Assembly: GCA_040385915.1 (NCBI GenBank) | Contig: JAZKGK010000025.1 | Coordinates: 1,038 to 65,037 of the forward strand | DNA: 64,000 nt | Direction: 5' to 3' | From: Bacteroidota bacterium | GTDB lineage: Bacteria; Bacteroidota; Bacteroidia; Cytophagales; ES-bin-26 | Notes under the pieces: generated by a model | The model's input: the letters and a program-made list of their open reading frames with translations, nothing else | The model's database searches: none | Told to the model about the DNA's origin: nothing | Shown: positions 1-8,061 of the stretch, piece after piece | Layout of the letters: every line of letters begins with the position of its first letter | How positions within the stretch are numbered: the stretch's first letter is position 1 | Program-made: the position numbers and the translations under genes

Positions 1-2
1 CG

Positions 3-539
3 CTTGGCATTCCCTGCATTTACTACGGCTCGGAGCAGCTTTTTGATGGAAACGGAGGAAATGACCGCTTCATTCGGGAAGCCATGTTTGGAGGCGACTT
101 CGGCGCTTTCCATAGCCATAATCGCCATTGCTTTAACGAAACTACGGCTGTGTATCAGGAGGTAGCTAAAATTATCGCGCTGCGAAAAAGCAAAATCGCG
201 CTGCGCCGGGGCCGACAGTATTTAAGACAGATATCAGGTAATGGAATCGACTTTAGTTTCCCTAGTATGAAAGATAATCAACTCCGGTCGGTGGTGCCGT
301 GGTCACGTTTTTTCAATGACAAAGAACTGGTATTGGCCATTAACACCGACCCTGACGTGGCTCAAACGGCTTGGGTCACCATCGACGATCGTTTACACCA
401 GGTTGGCCAGGTGCTGCCTTGTATCTACAGCAGTGATCCGACGCAAAGCCGACCAAGCTTGACTGTTGAAAAACGAAATGGGAAGGCGGTTTTGCTCACC
501 GTTCCCCCAGCAGGGTTTGTCATCTACGAAACGCCGTAA
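3..539 (+). CDS. Alpha-amylase family (GH13) glycoside hydrolase, 3' part only (truncated by window start)
   Basis: Frame is open from base 3 and reads LGIPCIYYGSEQ...DRFIREAMFGG, the GH13 'GIPxIYYGxE' region, followed by a C-terminal beta-sandwich-like segment. Confidence 0.8.
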   Translation, partial: LGIPCIYYGSEQLFDGNGGNDRFIREAMFGGDFGAFHSHNRHCFNETTAVYQEVAKIIALRKSKIALRRGRQYLRQISGNGIDFSFPSMKDNQLRSVVPWSRFFNDKELVLAINTDPDVAQTAWVTIDDRLHQVGQVLPCIYSSDPTQSRPSLTVEKRNGKAVLLTVPPAGFVIYETP

Positions 540-586
540 ACTAGCCCCAGGTCGCTGGTGCGGAAACTTGAAGCAATCAATTTTGG

Positions 587-1534
587 CTACCGACCGCGGT
601 TCAGCATATTCCGGGCGTGGAATACGGCGGGCAAAATGGCTTCCAGCGATTCGCGTACCCCATTGGAACTGCCTGGCAGCGTAACAACTAAGGTAGTTCC
701 GATGGAACCTGCGGCCATTTTTGATAACATAGCCAAGGGCGTACGCATTTGGCCATAGGCGTGCATGGCTTCTGTAATGCCATCGGCCTCCCTTTCCAGT
801 ATCGCTTTTACGGCTTCTACGGTGCAATCTTTCGCTCCCAGTCCGGTGCCGCCCGTAGTGAAAATGAAGGCAATGTCCTGCGCCACCCACGCTTGTATCT
901 GCTGCTGAATGCTGGCTGTTTCATCTGCAACTACTTGATAATCTGCTAGGCCAGCTCCGTAACTTTGCAGAATTTCCTGGACAATTTCTCCAGCCCGGTC
1001 TTCACGTTTACCCGCAGCGACATCAGTCGAGCAAACAAGAACGGCAGCCTGATGGCTTTTTCGGGCATACTTCTTCCATTCCTGCGGTCCACCCGTCTGG
1101 CTGATTAGTTTGATGGAAGCAATTTCCAGGGAGATATCTTGCAACGAGTGAAGCAAGTCATATAAAGTGAGCGCTGCGATGGTAACTGACGTCAGCGTTT
1201 CTGTGCCAACCCCAGCTCGTCCGATTGCTTTGCCTTCGGCAGAGATAATAAGGCCGTATTTGCCAGCATAACTTTCTAAATCGGCCAGTGGGGCATCGGG
1301 CTCCAAGTATGCGTAAGTGAGATGCAGGCCATCGAGAGAAGTGGAATGGCAATGGGGAATTAAATGAGCGGTTTGTTTGGCAGCTAATAAGCCTGCGGCG
1401 CGGGCAGCCTCTAGCGGATTACTTTCAGGAAAAGCTCCTTTTTTCAAAAAATCGAGTGTACTTGAGTGGCAAAGCACCACAGCAATGGCTTTGGCGGTAT
1501 GCAAAGAGGTGGGCACCCCTGAAATATCTTTCAT
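587..1534 (-). CDS. moaCB: MoaC/MoaB(MogA)-type molybdenum cofactor biosynthesis fusion; MoaC half looks degenerate
   Basis: N-half has ARAAGLLAAK, LIPHCH and AALTLYD (MoaC-like). C-half has FTTGGTGLG, VVADE and LPGS (MoaB/MogA). ATG at 1534 preferred over TTG at 1546. Confidence 0.85.
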   Translation of the reverse strand: MKDISGVPTSLHTAKAIAVVLCHSSTLDFLKKGAFPESNPLEAARAAGLLAAKQTAHLIPHCHSTSLDGLHLTYAYLEPDAPLADLESYAGKYGLIISAEGKAIGRAGVGTETLTSVTIAALTLYDLLHSLQDISLEIASIKLISQTGGPQEWKKYARKSHQAAVLVCSTDVAAGKREDRAGEIVQEILQSYGAGLADYQVVADETASIQQQIQAWVAQDIAFIFTTGGTGLGAKDCTVEAVKAILEREADGITEAMHAYGQMRTPLAMLSKMAAGSIGTTLVVTLPGSSNGVRESLEAILPAVFHARNMLNRGR

Positions 1535-1562
1535 GTTTTTCAGCAAGACTGGCCCTGCAATC

Positions 1563-2216
1563 TTAAACTATTTTCTCTTCAATTGCCAACCTCACTAGTT
1601 CGACTGCATTTTTCACCTGCAAACGCTTCATCATATTAAAGCGGTGGTTATCAACCGTACGAACACTGAGCCCTAGCTTGTCGGCCATTTCGCGGCTGCT
1701 CAAGCCTTCGACCAGGAATTTCAAGATGCCTTTCTCCTTGACCGAGAGTTTGACCATTCGATCGTTTTTGGGAAAAATCGTTTTCTTGCGCCCTTGCAAA
1801 TAGGCATCAGCAATAATGCCGGATACCGGATTGCTGAAGTACTTTTCCCCATTGGCTACTGCCCGGATTGCCTTCTGCATTTCGTCTTTGGTCGTATCTT
1901 TCAACAGATAGCCCATCGCCCCCGCTTCCAGCGATTGCAAGACGTAATCTTCATTGTCGTGCATGGAAAGCACCAGCGACTTCGTGTTTTTGTACTGACG
2001 AGCCACGGCTTCTGCCGTCTGAATACCATTCATGAGCGGCATCGAAATATCGACCAGCAATATATCGGGCGACAGGCTTTTTACTTTTTCCAGCGCTTCT
2101 ACTCCATCACTGGCCTCTCCAACCACTACAATACCTTCCAGACTCTCAATCAATGATTTGATGCCATCTCTTACTATATGATGATCATCAGCCAGCAATA
2201 CTCTTATTTGTTTCAT
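1563..2216 (-). CDS. NarL/FixJ-family response regulator (REC + LuxR HTH)
   Basis: LLADDH...VDISMP...YLLKD receiver domain; C-terminal LSVRTVDNHRFNMMKRL LuxR HTH. Confidence 0.92.
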   Translation of the reverse strand: MKQIRVLLADDHHIVRDGIKSLIESLEGIVVVGEASDGVEALEKVKSLSPDILLVDISMPLMNGIQTAEAVARQYKNTKSLVLSMHDNEDYVLQSLEAGAMGYLLKDTTKDEMQKAIRAVANGEKYFSNPVSGIIADAYLQGRKKTIFPKNDRMVKLSVKEKGILKFLVEGLSSREMADKLGLSVRTVDNHRFNMMKRLQVKNAVELVRLAIEEKIV

Positions 2217-2221
2217 TGAAG

Positions 2222-2390
2222 TTTAGCGGTTAGTAGTTAGTTTGTTAGTGATTAGGTGCTTAGATGGTAGAACTTAGCAATTTTGAAGGTCACTACTGAA
2301 GCAAGAAGCATATAAAAGGAACAGACAGGTAATTGGCAGATACAAACGCCTAAAAACCTAACTACTAACAACCTAGCTTCTAATTACTAA
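2222..2390. repeat. Inverted pair of 7-8-nt-period TTAG/CTAA tandem arrays
   Basis: TTAG recurs about 8 times in 2223-2277 and CTAA about 6 times in 2350-2390, between two co-oriented genes. Confidence 0.7.
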
Positions 2391-2391
2391 T

Positions 2392-3849
2392 TCAACGGTA
2401 TTTGACTGGTACTTTTACGTAAATGCGGGTGCCTTTGCCGGGGCTGGCTACCATACGAAAATCACCATCCAGCAGATGCGTTCGCACTTTCATGTGGTTA
2501 ATTCCATTGGACAGGCTCGCTTTTTCCAGCTTCGATTTTCGGAATCCGCGTCCGTTGTCAATGATATGGAGGTGAATATGTCCATTTTCTGACGAAAGCT
2601 CAAGGGTTATCTCGCTGGCCTGCGCATACTTAATCGCATTGTTCACGCCCTCCTGCGCTATCCTATACAAACCGATTTCCGTGTTATTGTCCAGCCGAGC
2701 CTGGTGCCAATCCGAACAGAAAACAATTTCTGTATGTGTACTCTTGGCACTTTGCTCAGCCAGCAATTTTAAGGCTGAGGCTATGCCAAAATCGCTCAGT
2801 ACGGCGGGCATCAGGTTGAAGGAAATGGCTCGGGCTTCGGTGATGGTCTGGCTAATCAGCCCTTGCAGATGGGCAATGGAAGCGCGCGTCTTTTCAGGAT
2901 AGTCACCCATATTGCTGATGTTTTCCACATTAAGCTTCAGCGCCGTAAGCATTTGTCCAAGCCCGTCATGAATTTCACGGGCCTGCCGCCTTCGTTCTTC
3001 TTCCTGGCCTTCGATAACGTAGGCCGTTCGCCGTTTCTGTTCGTTAATTTCCTGTTGGTGCTGCAAGCGGGTCAGGCTCATCAGTTCGGCTTCGGCCTTT
3101 TTCAGCGACAGATTGACTTGTATCAGTTCAGCATTAGCTTTTTTGGCAAATAATTCGGAGTCAATCAATTGAATAACAGCCTTTCGTAACTGCCTCACAG
3201 CGGGCCGAAAGACGAACATTCCTTCCAGAAAAAGGACGAATAAGGCCAATCCCAGTAAAATAAACTCTATTTTACGCAGCGCACTTAATTTTTCTTTCGC
3301 TTCCTTATCATACTGAAACACCATGGAGTCCATACGCCTAAGGAACTTCATTTCGTGATTAAGTATTTCCTTTACACTTGTCTCACTACTACCGACTGGC
3401 GGCTCAGCCGAATTTTCGAGCTGGCTAATAATTTGGTGGGCGTTATTTTGGATGACCGAAAAATGAGGCGTCAGCTCCTGAAACATGTGATCAATCTCCT
3501 GGCTATTTTTCACCCTAATGCCAAGAGCTGACAAGTTGCCGCTTTGCAATTGATAGTGGTACTTTTCCCAGGTAGCCAATACCGTTTTCAAATCCAGCAG
3601 GTAAGCTTGTCGGGCTTCCGCATTAGGGCTCCGTTCGGTCAGGATTAGGATATTTTTGACAATTTGCTGGCTTTGAAACCGTTGTCGCCCTGCCAGGTTG
3701 ATAAGCCGAGCATCGTTCTGTTGATTGCTGATCTCGTGCTGAATCAGGATTTGCCCAAATATGGAAAGGAAGGCTACCGCACTAAGAGCCAGGATATACA
3801 GCCGGGTAAATCGACGGGAAATACGAATATCGGTTGCATGGTTGCTCAA
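2392..3849 (-). CDS. NarX-like nitrate/nitrite-sensing histidine kinase (periplasmic P-box domain, HisKA_3, HATPase)
   Basis: Two TM segments flank INLAGRQRFQSQ (NarX/NarQ P-box-like). EEERRRQAREIHDGLGQ H-box; QEGVNNAIKYA and DNGRGF ATPase motifs. Lies directly downstream of nirBD. Confidence 0.88.
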   Translation of the reverse strand: MSNHATDIRISRRFTRLYILALSAVAFLSIFGQILIQHEISNQQNDARLINLAGRQRFQSQQIVKNILILTERSPNAEARQAYLLDLKTVLATWEKYHYQLQSGNLSALGIRVKNSQEIDHMFQELTPHFSVIQNNAHQIISQLENSAEPPVGSSETSVKEILNHEMKFLRRMDSMVFQYDKEAKEKLSALRKIEFILLGLALFVLFLEGMFVFRPAVRQLRKAVIQLIDSELFAKKANAELIQVNLSLKKAEAELMSLTRLQHQQEINEQKRRTAYVIEGQEEERRRQAREIHDGLGQMLTALKLNVENISNMGDYPEKTRASIAHLQGLISQTITEARAISFNLMPAVLSDFGIASALKLLAEQSAKSTHTEIVFCSDWHQARLDNNTEIGLYRIAQEGVNNAIKYAQASEITLELSSENGHIHLHIIDNGRGFRKSKLEKASLSNGINHMKVRTHLLDGDFRMVASPGKGTRIYVKVPVKYR

Positions 3850-3860
3850 TAGATTATCCC

Positions 3861-4241
3861 CTACTCTTTTATGCCAATATACACGTAGCCATCTTCCACC
3901 TTCACCGGATATACGGTAATTTGGTAATCATCGCCATTGAGGTTTTCGCCAGTTTGCAGAGAGAAAGTCTTCTTGTGGTACGGACAGGCTACTTTAGGAT
4001 CGCCCGCTGCGTCGCCGATCATGCCACGCGACAAAATCATCTGCATCTTGTGCGGACATAAGTTTTGAGAGGCGTACCACTCATTGCGTTTGGTAAAATT
4101 AAAAACCGCGATTTGGGTATCTTTATATTTCACGCAGGCTCCGCCATTTTCAGGAAAAGACTCTACAGGAGCTGCTTTGAACCAATGTATCACGGATTGT
4201 TCTAGTGATTGAGTGATGGGGAGATTAAGTGATTGAGGCAT
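3861..4241 (-). CDS. nirD: Nitrite reductase small subunit (Rieske-type)
   Basis: NLCPHK...VACPYHKKTFSLQTG Rieske motifs; immediately downstream of nirB. Confidence 0.93.
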   Translation of the reverse strand: MPQSLNLPITQSLEQSVIHWFKAAPVESFPENGGACVKYKDTQIAVFNFTKRNEWYASQNLCPHKMQMILSRGMIGDAAGDPKVACPYHKKTFSLQTGENLNGDDYQITVYPVKVEDGYVYIGIKE

Positions 4242-4324
4242 AAATCGATTGTGAAATTAAGTGAGGGAGTGATTGAAGGATTGAGTGAAAAAAATCATAC
4301 TCACTCAATCCTCAACCAATCAAT
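4204..4324. repeat. 8-bp-phased AGTGATTG-like tandem repeat with inverted copy, overlapping the nirD start
   Basis: Eleven in-phase octamer positions from 4204 to 4291 (three exact AGTGATTG, the rest degenerate), then TCACTCAATCCTCAA forming a hairpin with 4273-4288. Confidence 0.7.
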
Positions 4325-4355
4325 AAATAAATTAAGTAGGTAAGTGTGAACCTGC

Positions 4356-6845
4356 TTACCAGGCCGCAGGCACTTTCTGGCCTCTTTCGGGAATAAGTGC
4401 TAATGTTGGATCAGTCTCTACCGAGTTGACAAAGTGGGTAAAGCGCTTCCGTAATTCCGGATTATTGACCACTTCCTTCCACTCACATTTATAGGTATCC
4501 ACCATCAGTTGCATTTCCTTCTCTAATTGCTCACTTACGCCTAGCACATCATTTACGACCACATCTTTCAGGTAGGCCATGCCTCCCTCCAATTTATTGA
4601 GCCAGGTCGATGTCCGGTTAAGCGGTTCGGCTGTCTTGATATAAAACATCAGGAAGCGATCAATGTATTTGATACAGGTTTCGCTATCAATGTCAGAAGC
4701 CAGCAGATGTGCATGCTGAGGTTTGGCACCACCATTTCCACATACGTATAAGTTCCAGCCTTTATCAGTAGCAATAATTCCAAAGTCTTTAGACTGAGCC
4801 TCGGCGCATTCACGTACACAACCAGAAACTGCACTCTTGAGCTTGTGTGGGGCACGCAAACCGCGGTAGCGCTCTTCAATTTCGATGGCAAAAGACACTG
4901 AATCGTGTAGACCGAAGCGGCACCAAGTAGAACCCACGCAGCTTTTTACTGTCCGCAAGGCTTTTCCGTAGGCGTGTCCACTTTCAAAACCTGCATTAAT
5001 CAGTTCTTCCCAGATGTCGGGCAACTGGTCTACACGGGCTCCTAGCAAGTCAATACGCTGTCCGCCAGTTATTTTGCAATACAATTCATATTTTTCGGCA
5101 ACCTGGGCAATTACCATCAATTTGGCTGGAGTAATTTCGCCGCCAGCCATCCGTGGAATTACTGAATACGTGCCTCCTCGCTGGATATTGGCCAGGAAGC
5201 GGTCGTTGGTATCCTGAATGGTGGCTTGGTTCAGAATCATATCATTCCAGATGCTGGCCATCAGGGAAGCCACCGCGGGCTTGCACACTTCGCAACCATC
5301 ACCTTTGCCGTATTGATCCAGCAACTCATCATAATCTTTGATGCCGCTGGTCTTGATGATATCGTATATTTCCTGGCGAGAGTGGCTAAAATGCTCGCAC
5401 AGCGTCTTCTTCACTACTTTTCCTTGCGCTTTCAGGGTCTCGGTGAGCAAGTCGCCCAGCATGGGGATACAACCACCACAACCAGTACCAGCCTTCGTGC
5501 AGGATTTTATGGCCTTCACATCACCCAGTTCGTGTTCAGTAATGGCTGAGCAAAGCATTCCTTTCGTTACGCTTTCGCAAGAGCAAATTAGTGCATCGTC
5601 GGGCAGGCTCATAACCCCGGCTGAAGAAGCGCCTTCTTTTCCCCCACGAGCACCCAAAATGAGGTCTTCGGGATTAGGAGGCAATACCAAGGCATTTTTC
5701 GAGGTTTGCAACAACATATTATAGCTTTCAGCCTCTCCTACGAGGATACCGCCAAGCAAACGGTTGCTGGTTTCACAGATATTAATGCGTTTGTAAATTC
5801 CAGCTACCTTATCTTCAAATACGATGGTGCGGTGAGGCTGAGTGGTACAGAACGGATCACCAAAGCTGGCTACATCTACTCCTATAAGCTTAAGCTTAGT
5901 AGACATATCATAAGCGGTGAAATTTTTCTCTCCACCGGTCAGGTGAGTTGCCACCACATCGGCCATTTCATACCCAGGAGCCACCAGACCGTAGATCATT
6001 CCCTGGTGCAGCGCTGATTCGCCAATGGCGTAAATATCCGGATCAGACGTTTGCAAAAAATTATTGACCATAATTCCGCCTCGCTGCCCCACTTCCAACC
6101 CCGACAAACGAGCCAATTCATCGCGCGGTTTAATCCCCGCCGAGATCACCACCATATCCACGTCCAGTTCGGTTTCGTCGAAGAAAACCATTTTATTCAC
6201 TATTTCATCGCCAGCGAGCATGGAGGTATTCTTATTCAGGTGAATGCCAATCCCTAGCGATTCCAGCTTAGCTTTCAGTATGCCCGAACCAGCTTCGTCT
6301 AACTGCCGGGGCATCAAACGGGTTGCGAATTCAACCACATGGGTTTCCAAGCCCAAATCCATCACGGCTTTGGCTGCTTCTAATCCCAACAAACCACCAC
6401 CAATTACGGCTGCTTTGCGGGCTTTTTTAGCAAAACTGATGATTGCATCCAGATCTTCGATGGTGCGGTACACAAATACGCCGTCTTTTTCTACCCCTGG
6501 AATGGGTGGCACAAAAGCGCTTGAGCCAGTGGCCAGTATGAGCTTGTCATAAGGAACAATGTTTCCGTGTTGCGTATGAATGGTTTTGGCTTCTCTATCA
6601 ATTAAGACCACCAGTTCGCCGGTGTATAACTTAATGTTCCGGTCGCTGTACCATTCTAGAGGAGCCATGGTTAATTCTTCTACGGTAGTTCCCGTAAAAT
6701 AGGCGCTCAAATGGACGCGATCGTAAGCTGGGCGAGGTTCTTCGCCAAAAACAGTTAGCTGGAGGGAGGACGAAGCAGACTTGGCCATCAGTTTTTCGCA
6801 AAACTTATACCCCACCATGCCGTTGCCGATGACTACAATATTCAT
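4356..6845 (-). CDS. nirB: NADH-dependent nitrite reductase large subunit
   Basis: GNGMVG and GGGLLGLE FAD/NAD motifs; BFD-like CSC...CGGC; siroheme/Fe-S ligands CVGSTWC and SGCVREC. Confidence 0.97.
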   Translation of the reverse strand: MNIVVIGNGMVGYKFCEKLMAKSASSSLQLTVFGEEPRPAYDRVHLSAYFTGTTVEELTMAPLEWYSDRNIKLYTGELVVLIDREAKTIHTQHGNIVPYDKLILATGSSAFVPPIPGVEKDGVFVYRTIEDLDAIISFAKKARKAAVIGGGLLGLEAAKAVMDLGLETHVVEFATRLMPRQLDEAGSGILKAKLESLGIGIHLNKNTSMLAGDEIVNKMVFFDETELDVDMVVISAGIKPRDELARLSGLEVGQRGGIMVNNFLQTSDPDIYAIGESALHQGMIYGLVAPGYEMADVVATHLTGGEKNFTAYDMSTKLKLIGVDVASFGDPFCTTQPHRTIVFEDKVAGIYKRINICETSNRLLGGILVGEAESYNMLLQTSKNALVLPPNPEDLILGARGGKEGASSAGVMSLPDDALICSCESVTKGMLCSAITEHELGDVKAIKSCTKAGTGCGGCIPMLGDLLTETLKAQGKVVKKTLCEHFSHSRQEIYDIIKTSGIKDYDELLDQYGKGDGCEVCKPAVASLMASIWNDMILNQATIQDTNDRFLANIQRGGTYSVIPRMAGGEITPAKLMVIAQVAEKYELYCKITGGQRIDLLGARVDQLPDIWEELINAGFESGHAYGKALRTVKSCVGSTWCRFGLHDSVSFAIEIEERYRGLRAPHKLKSAVSGCVRECAEAQSKDFGIIATDKGWNLYVCGNGGAKPQHAHLLASDIDSETCIKYIDRFLMFYIKTAEPLNRTSTWLNKLEGGMAYLKDVVVNDVLGVSEQLEKEMQLMVDTYKCEWKEVVNNPELRKRFTHFVNSVETDPTLALIPERGQKVPAAW

Positions 6846-6930
6846 GTGAATACAGTTAAAGATATATACTCAAAAAAAATTAAAGGCGATTGGGTTTAGC
6901 CTGTTTAGTAGAAGTGTTTTGTAATTTTAT

Positions 6931-6938
6931 CAAAGATA
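6931..6938 (-). promoter_or_regulatory. Bacteroidota -7 promoter box for the nirB operon
   Basis: Minus strand TATCTTTG matches TAnnTTTG, about 85 bp upstream of nirB. Confidence 0.6.
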
Positions 6939-6987
6939 CGTTATTTTTTCAACCTGTATTTAATGAAATAACATATTTTTTTAAATT

Positions 6988-7062
6988 ATAGGTTAAAAAT
7001 AGAACCTATTTTCCAAAAAATGAATATTTTTACAAAATAAATTTTTGAGTAATTATACTCAA
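6988..7062. promoter_or_regulatory. Two palindromic candidate operator sites in the nirB/cobA divergent region
   Basis: ATAGGTT-N8-AACCTAT at 6988-7009 and TTGAGTA-N4-TACTCAA at 7045-7062. Confidence 0.4.
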
Positions 7063-7099
7063 GCTATTTTTTGACACTTTTTTCACCCCTCCACTACTC

Positions 7100-7855
7100 A
7101 TGAAGAAACCTCAATTGACACTCGTAGGTGCAGGACCGGGAGATCCGGATCTGATTAGTATGAAAGGTGTAAAAGCACTGGCTGAGGCAGATGTTATTTT
7201 ATATGATGCCCTCGTACATCCGTCGCTTCTCGACTATGCGCCTGCGGATGCTTTGCGGATTTTTGTGGGGAAGAAAGTAGGCTTCTGCGAATTTGCCCAA
7301 CATGACATACATGACTTGATTATACAGTACGCTTTCAGTCACGGACACGTCGTGCGGCTAAAAGGCGGCGATCCGTTTGTTTTTGGTCGGGGTTATGAAG
7401 AACTCAGCCACGCGCGACGCTTTGGTATTGCAACGGAGGTTATTCCTGGTATTTCCAGCAGCATTGCCGTACCCGAAATGCAATCCATTCCGCTCACCTG
7501 CCGGGGAATCAACGAAAGTTTCTGGGTGGTGACGGGCACTACAATGAATCATGAATTGTCACGGGATATTAGCCTGGCTGCACAGTCGACCGCTACGATC
7601 GTTATTCTGATGGGAATGAAGAACCTGAAGAAGATTGTTGAGATATTCAAGGCCGCAGGAAAAGCCGATACGCCTGCCGCCATTATTCAGAATGGAACGC
7701 TGGCCGACGAAAAGCTGGCCCTGGGAATGGTCGAAAACCTGGTGGAAGTATCGGAAGCACAGCAATTAAGGAACCCTGCCGTTATCGTTATTGGCGAAGT
7801 GGTAAGCTTGCACCCCAACTTTGTGCGAGCCGAAGTGCAGAAATATTTGATGTAG
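7100..7855 (+). CDS. cobA: Uroporphyrinogen-III C-methyltransferase (siroheme precursor synthesis)
   Basis: LVGAGPGDPDL, YDALV, VRLKGGDPFVFGRG and PGISS motifs; divergent from siroheme-requiring nirB. Confidence 0.95.
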   Translation: MKKPQLTLVGAGPGDPDLISMKGVKALAEADVILYDALVHPSLLDYAPADALRIFVGKKVGFCEFAQHDIHDLIIQYAFSHGHVVRLKGGDPFVFGRGYEELSHARRFGIATEVIPGISSSIAVPEMQSIPLTCRGINESFWVVTGTTMNHELSRDISLAAQSTATIVILMGMKNLKKIVEIFKAAGKADTPAAIIQNGTLADEKLALGMVENLVEVSEAQQLRNPAVIVIGEVVSLHPNFVRAEVQKYLM

Positions 7856-7867
7856 TCGAGAGGATGG

Positions 7868-7928
7868 GAATGGGTACAAATAAGTAAGGCTTCGCTCCAA
7901 GCGAAGCCTTACTTATTTGTACCCATTC
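7868..7928. terminator. Perfect 29-bp inverted repeat (3-nt loop) between convergent genes
   Basis: GAATGGGTACAAATAAGTAAGGCTTCGCT-CCA-AGCGAAGCCTTACTTATTTGTACCCATTC. Confidence 0.7.
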
Positions 7929-8061
7929 TACGGTTTATTGAAACTGAACAAGCGCTAAAAAATAGTATTTCGTCATAAGGAGCGATGAAGCAATTTGTTT
8001 GAATAAAGTATGTAGTTGGCTCAATTCCACCAGCTTGCTTCTTCGACCTCGGCAATAACGC

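Noticed and set aside
393-890. 165-aa minus-strand ORF and similar overlapping ORFs (e.g. 8177-8656, 13192-13701, 28334-28903, 31602-32162, 44491-44943)
   Set aside because: They overlap well-supported genes in another frame or strand and show no recognisable motifs; treated as shadow ORFs.
1535-1562. Moco riboswitch upstream of moaCB
   Set aside because: The spacer is under 30 bp, too short for the element.
2222-2390. TTAG arrays as a CRISPR array or telomere-like repeat
   Set aside because: Units are 7-8 nt and degenerate, with no 25-45-nt repeat/unique-spacer structure and no cas genes.
7868-7928. Long hairpins as MITEs or IS ends
   Set aside because: No second copy in the window, no target-site duplication seen, no transposase; position fits terminators.
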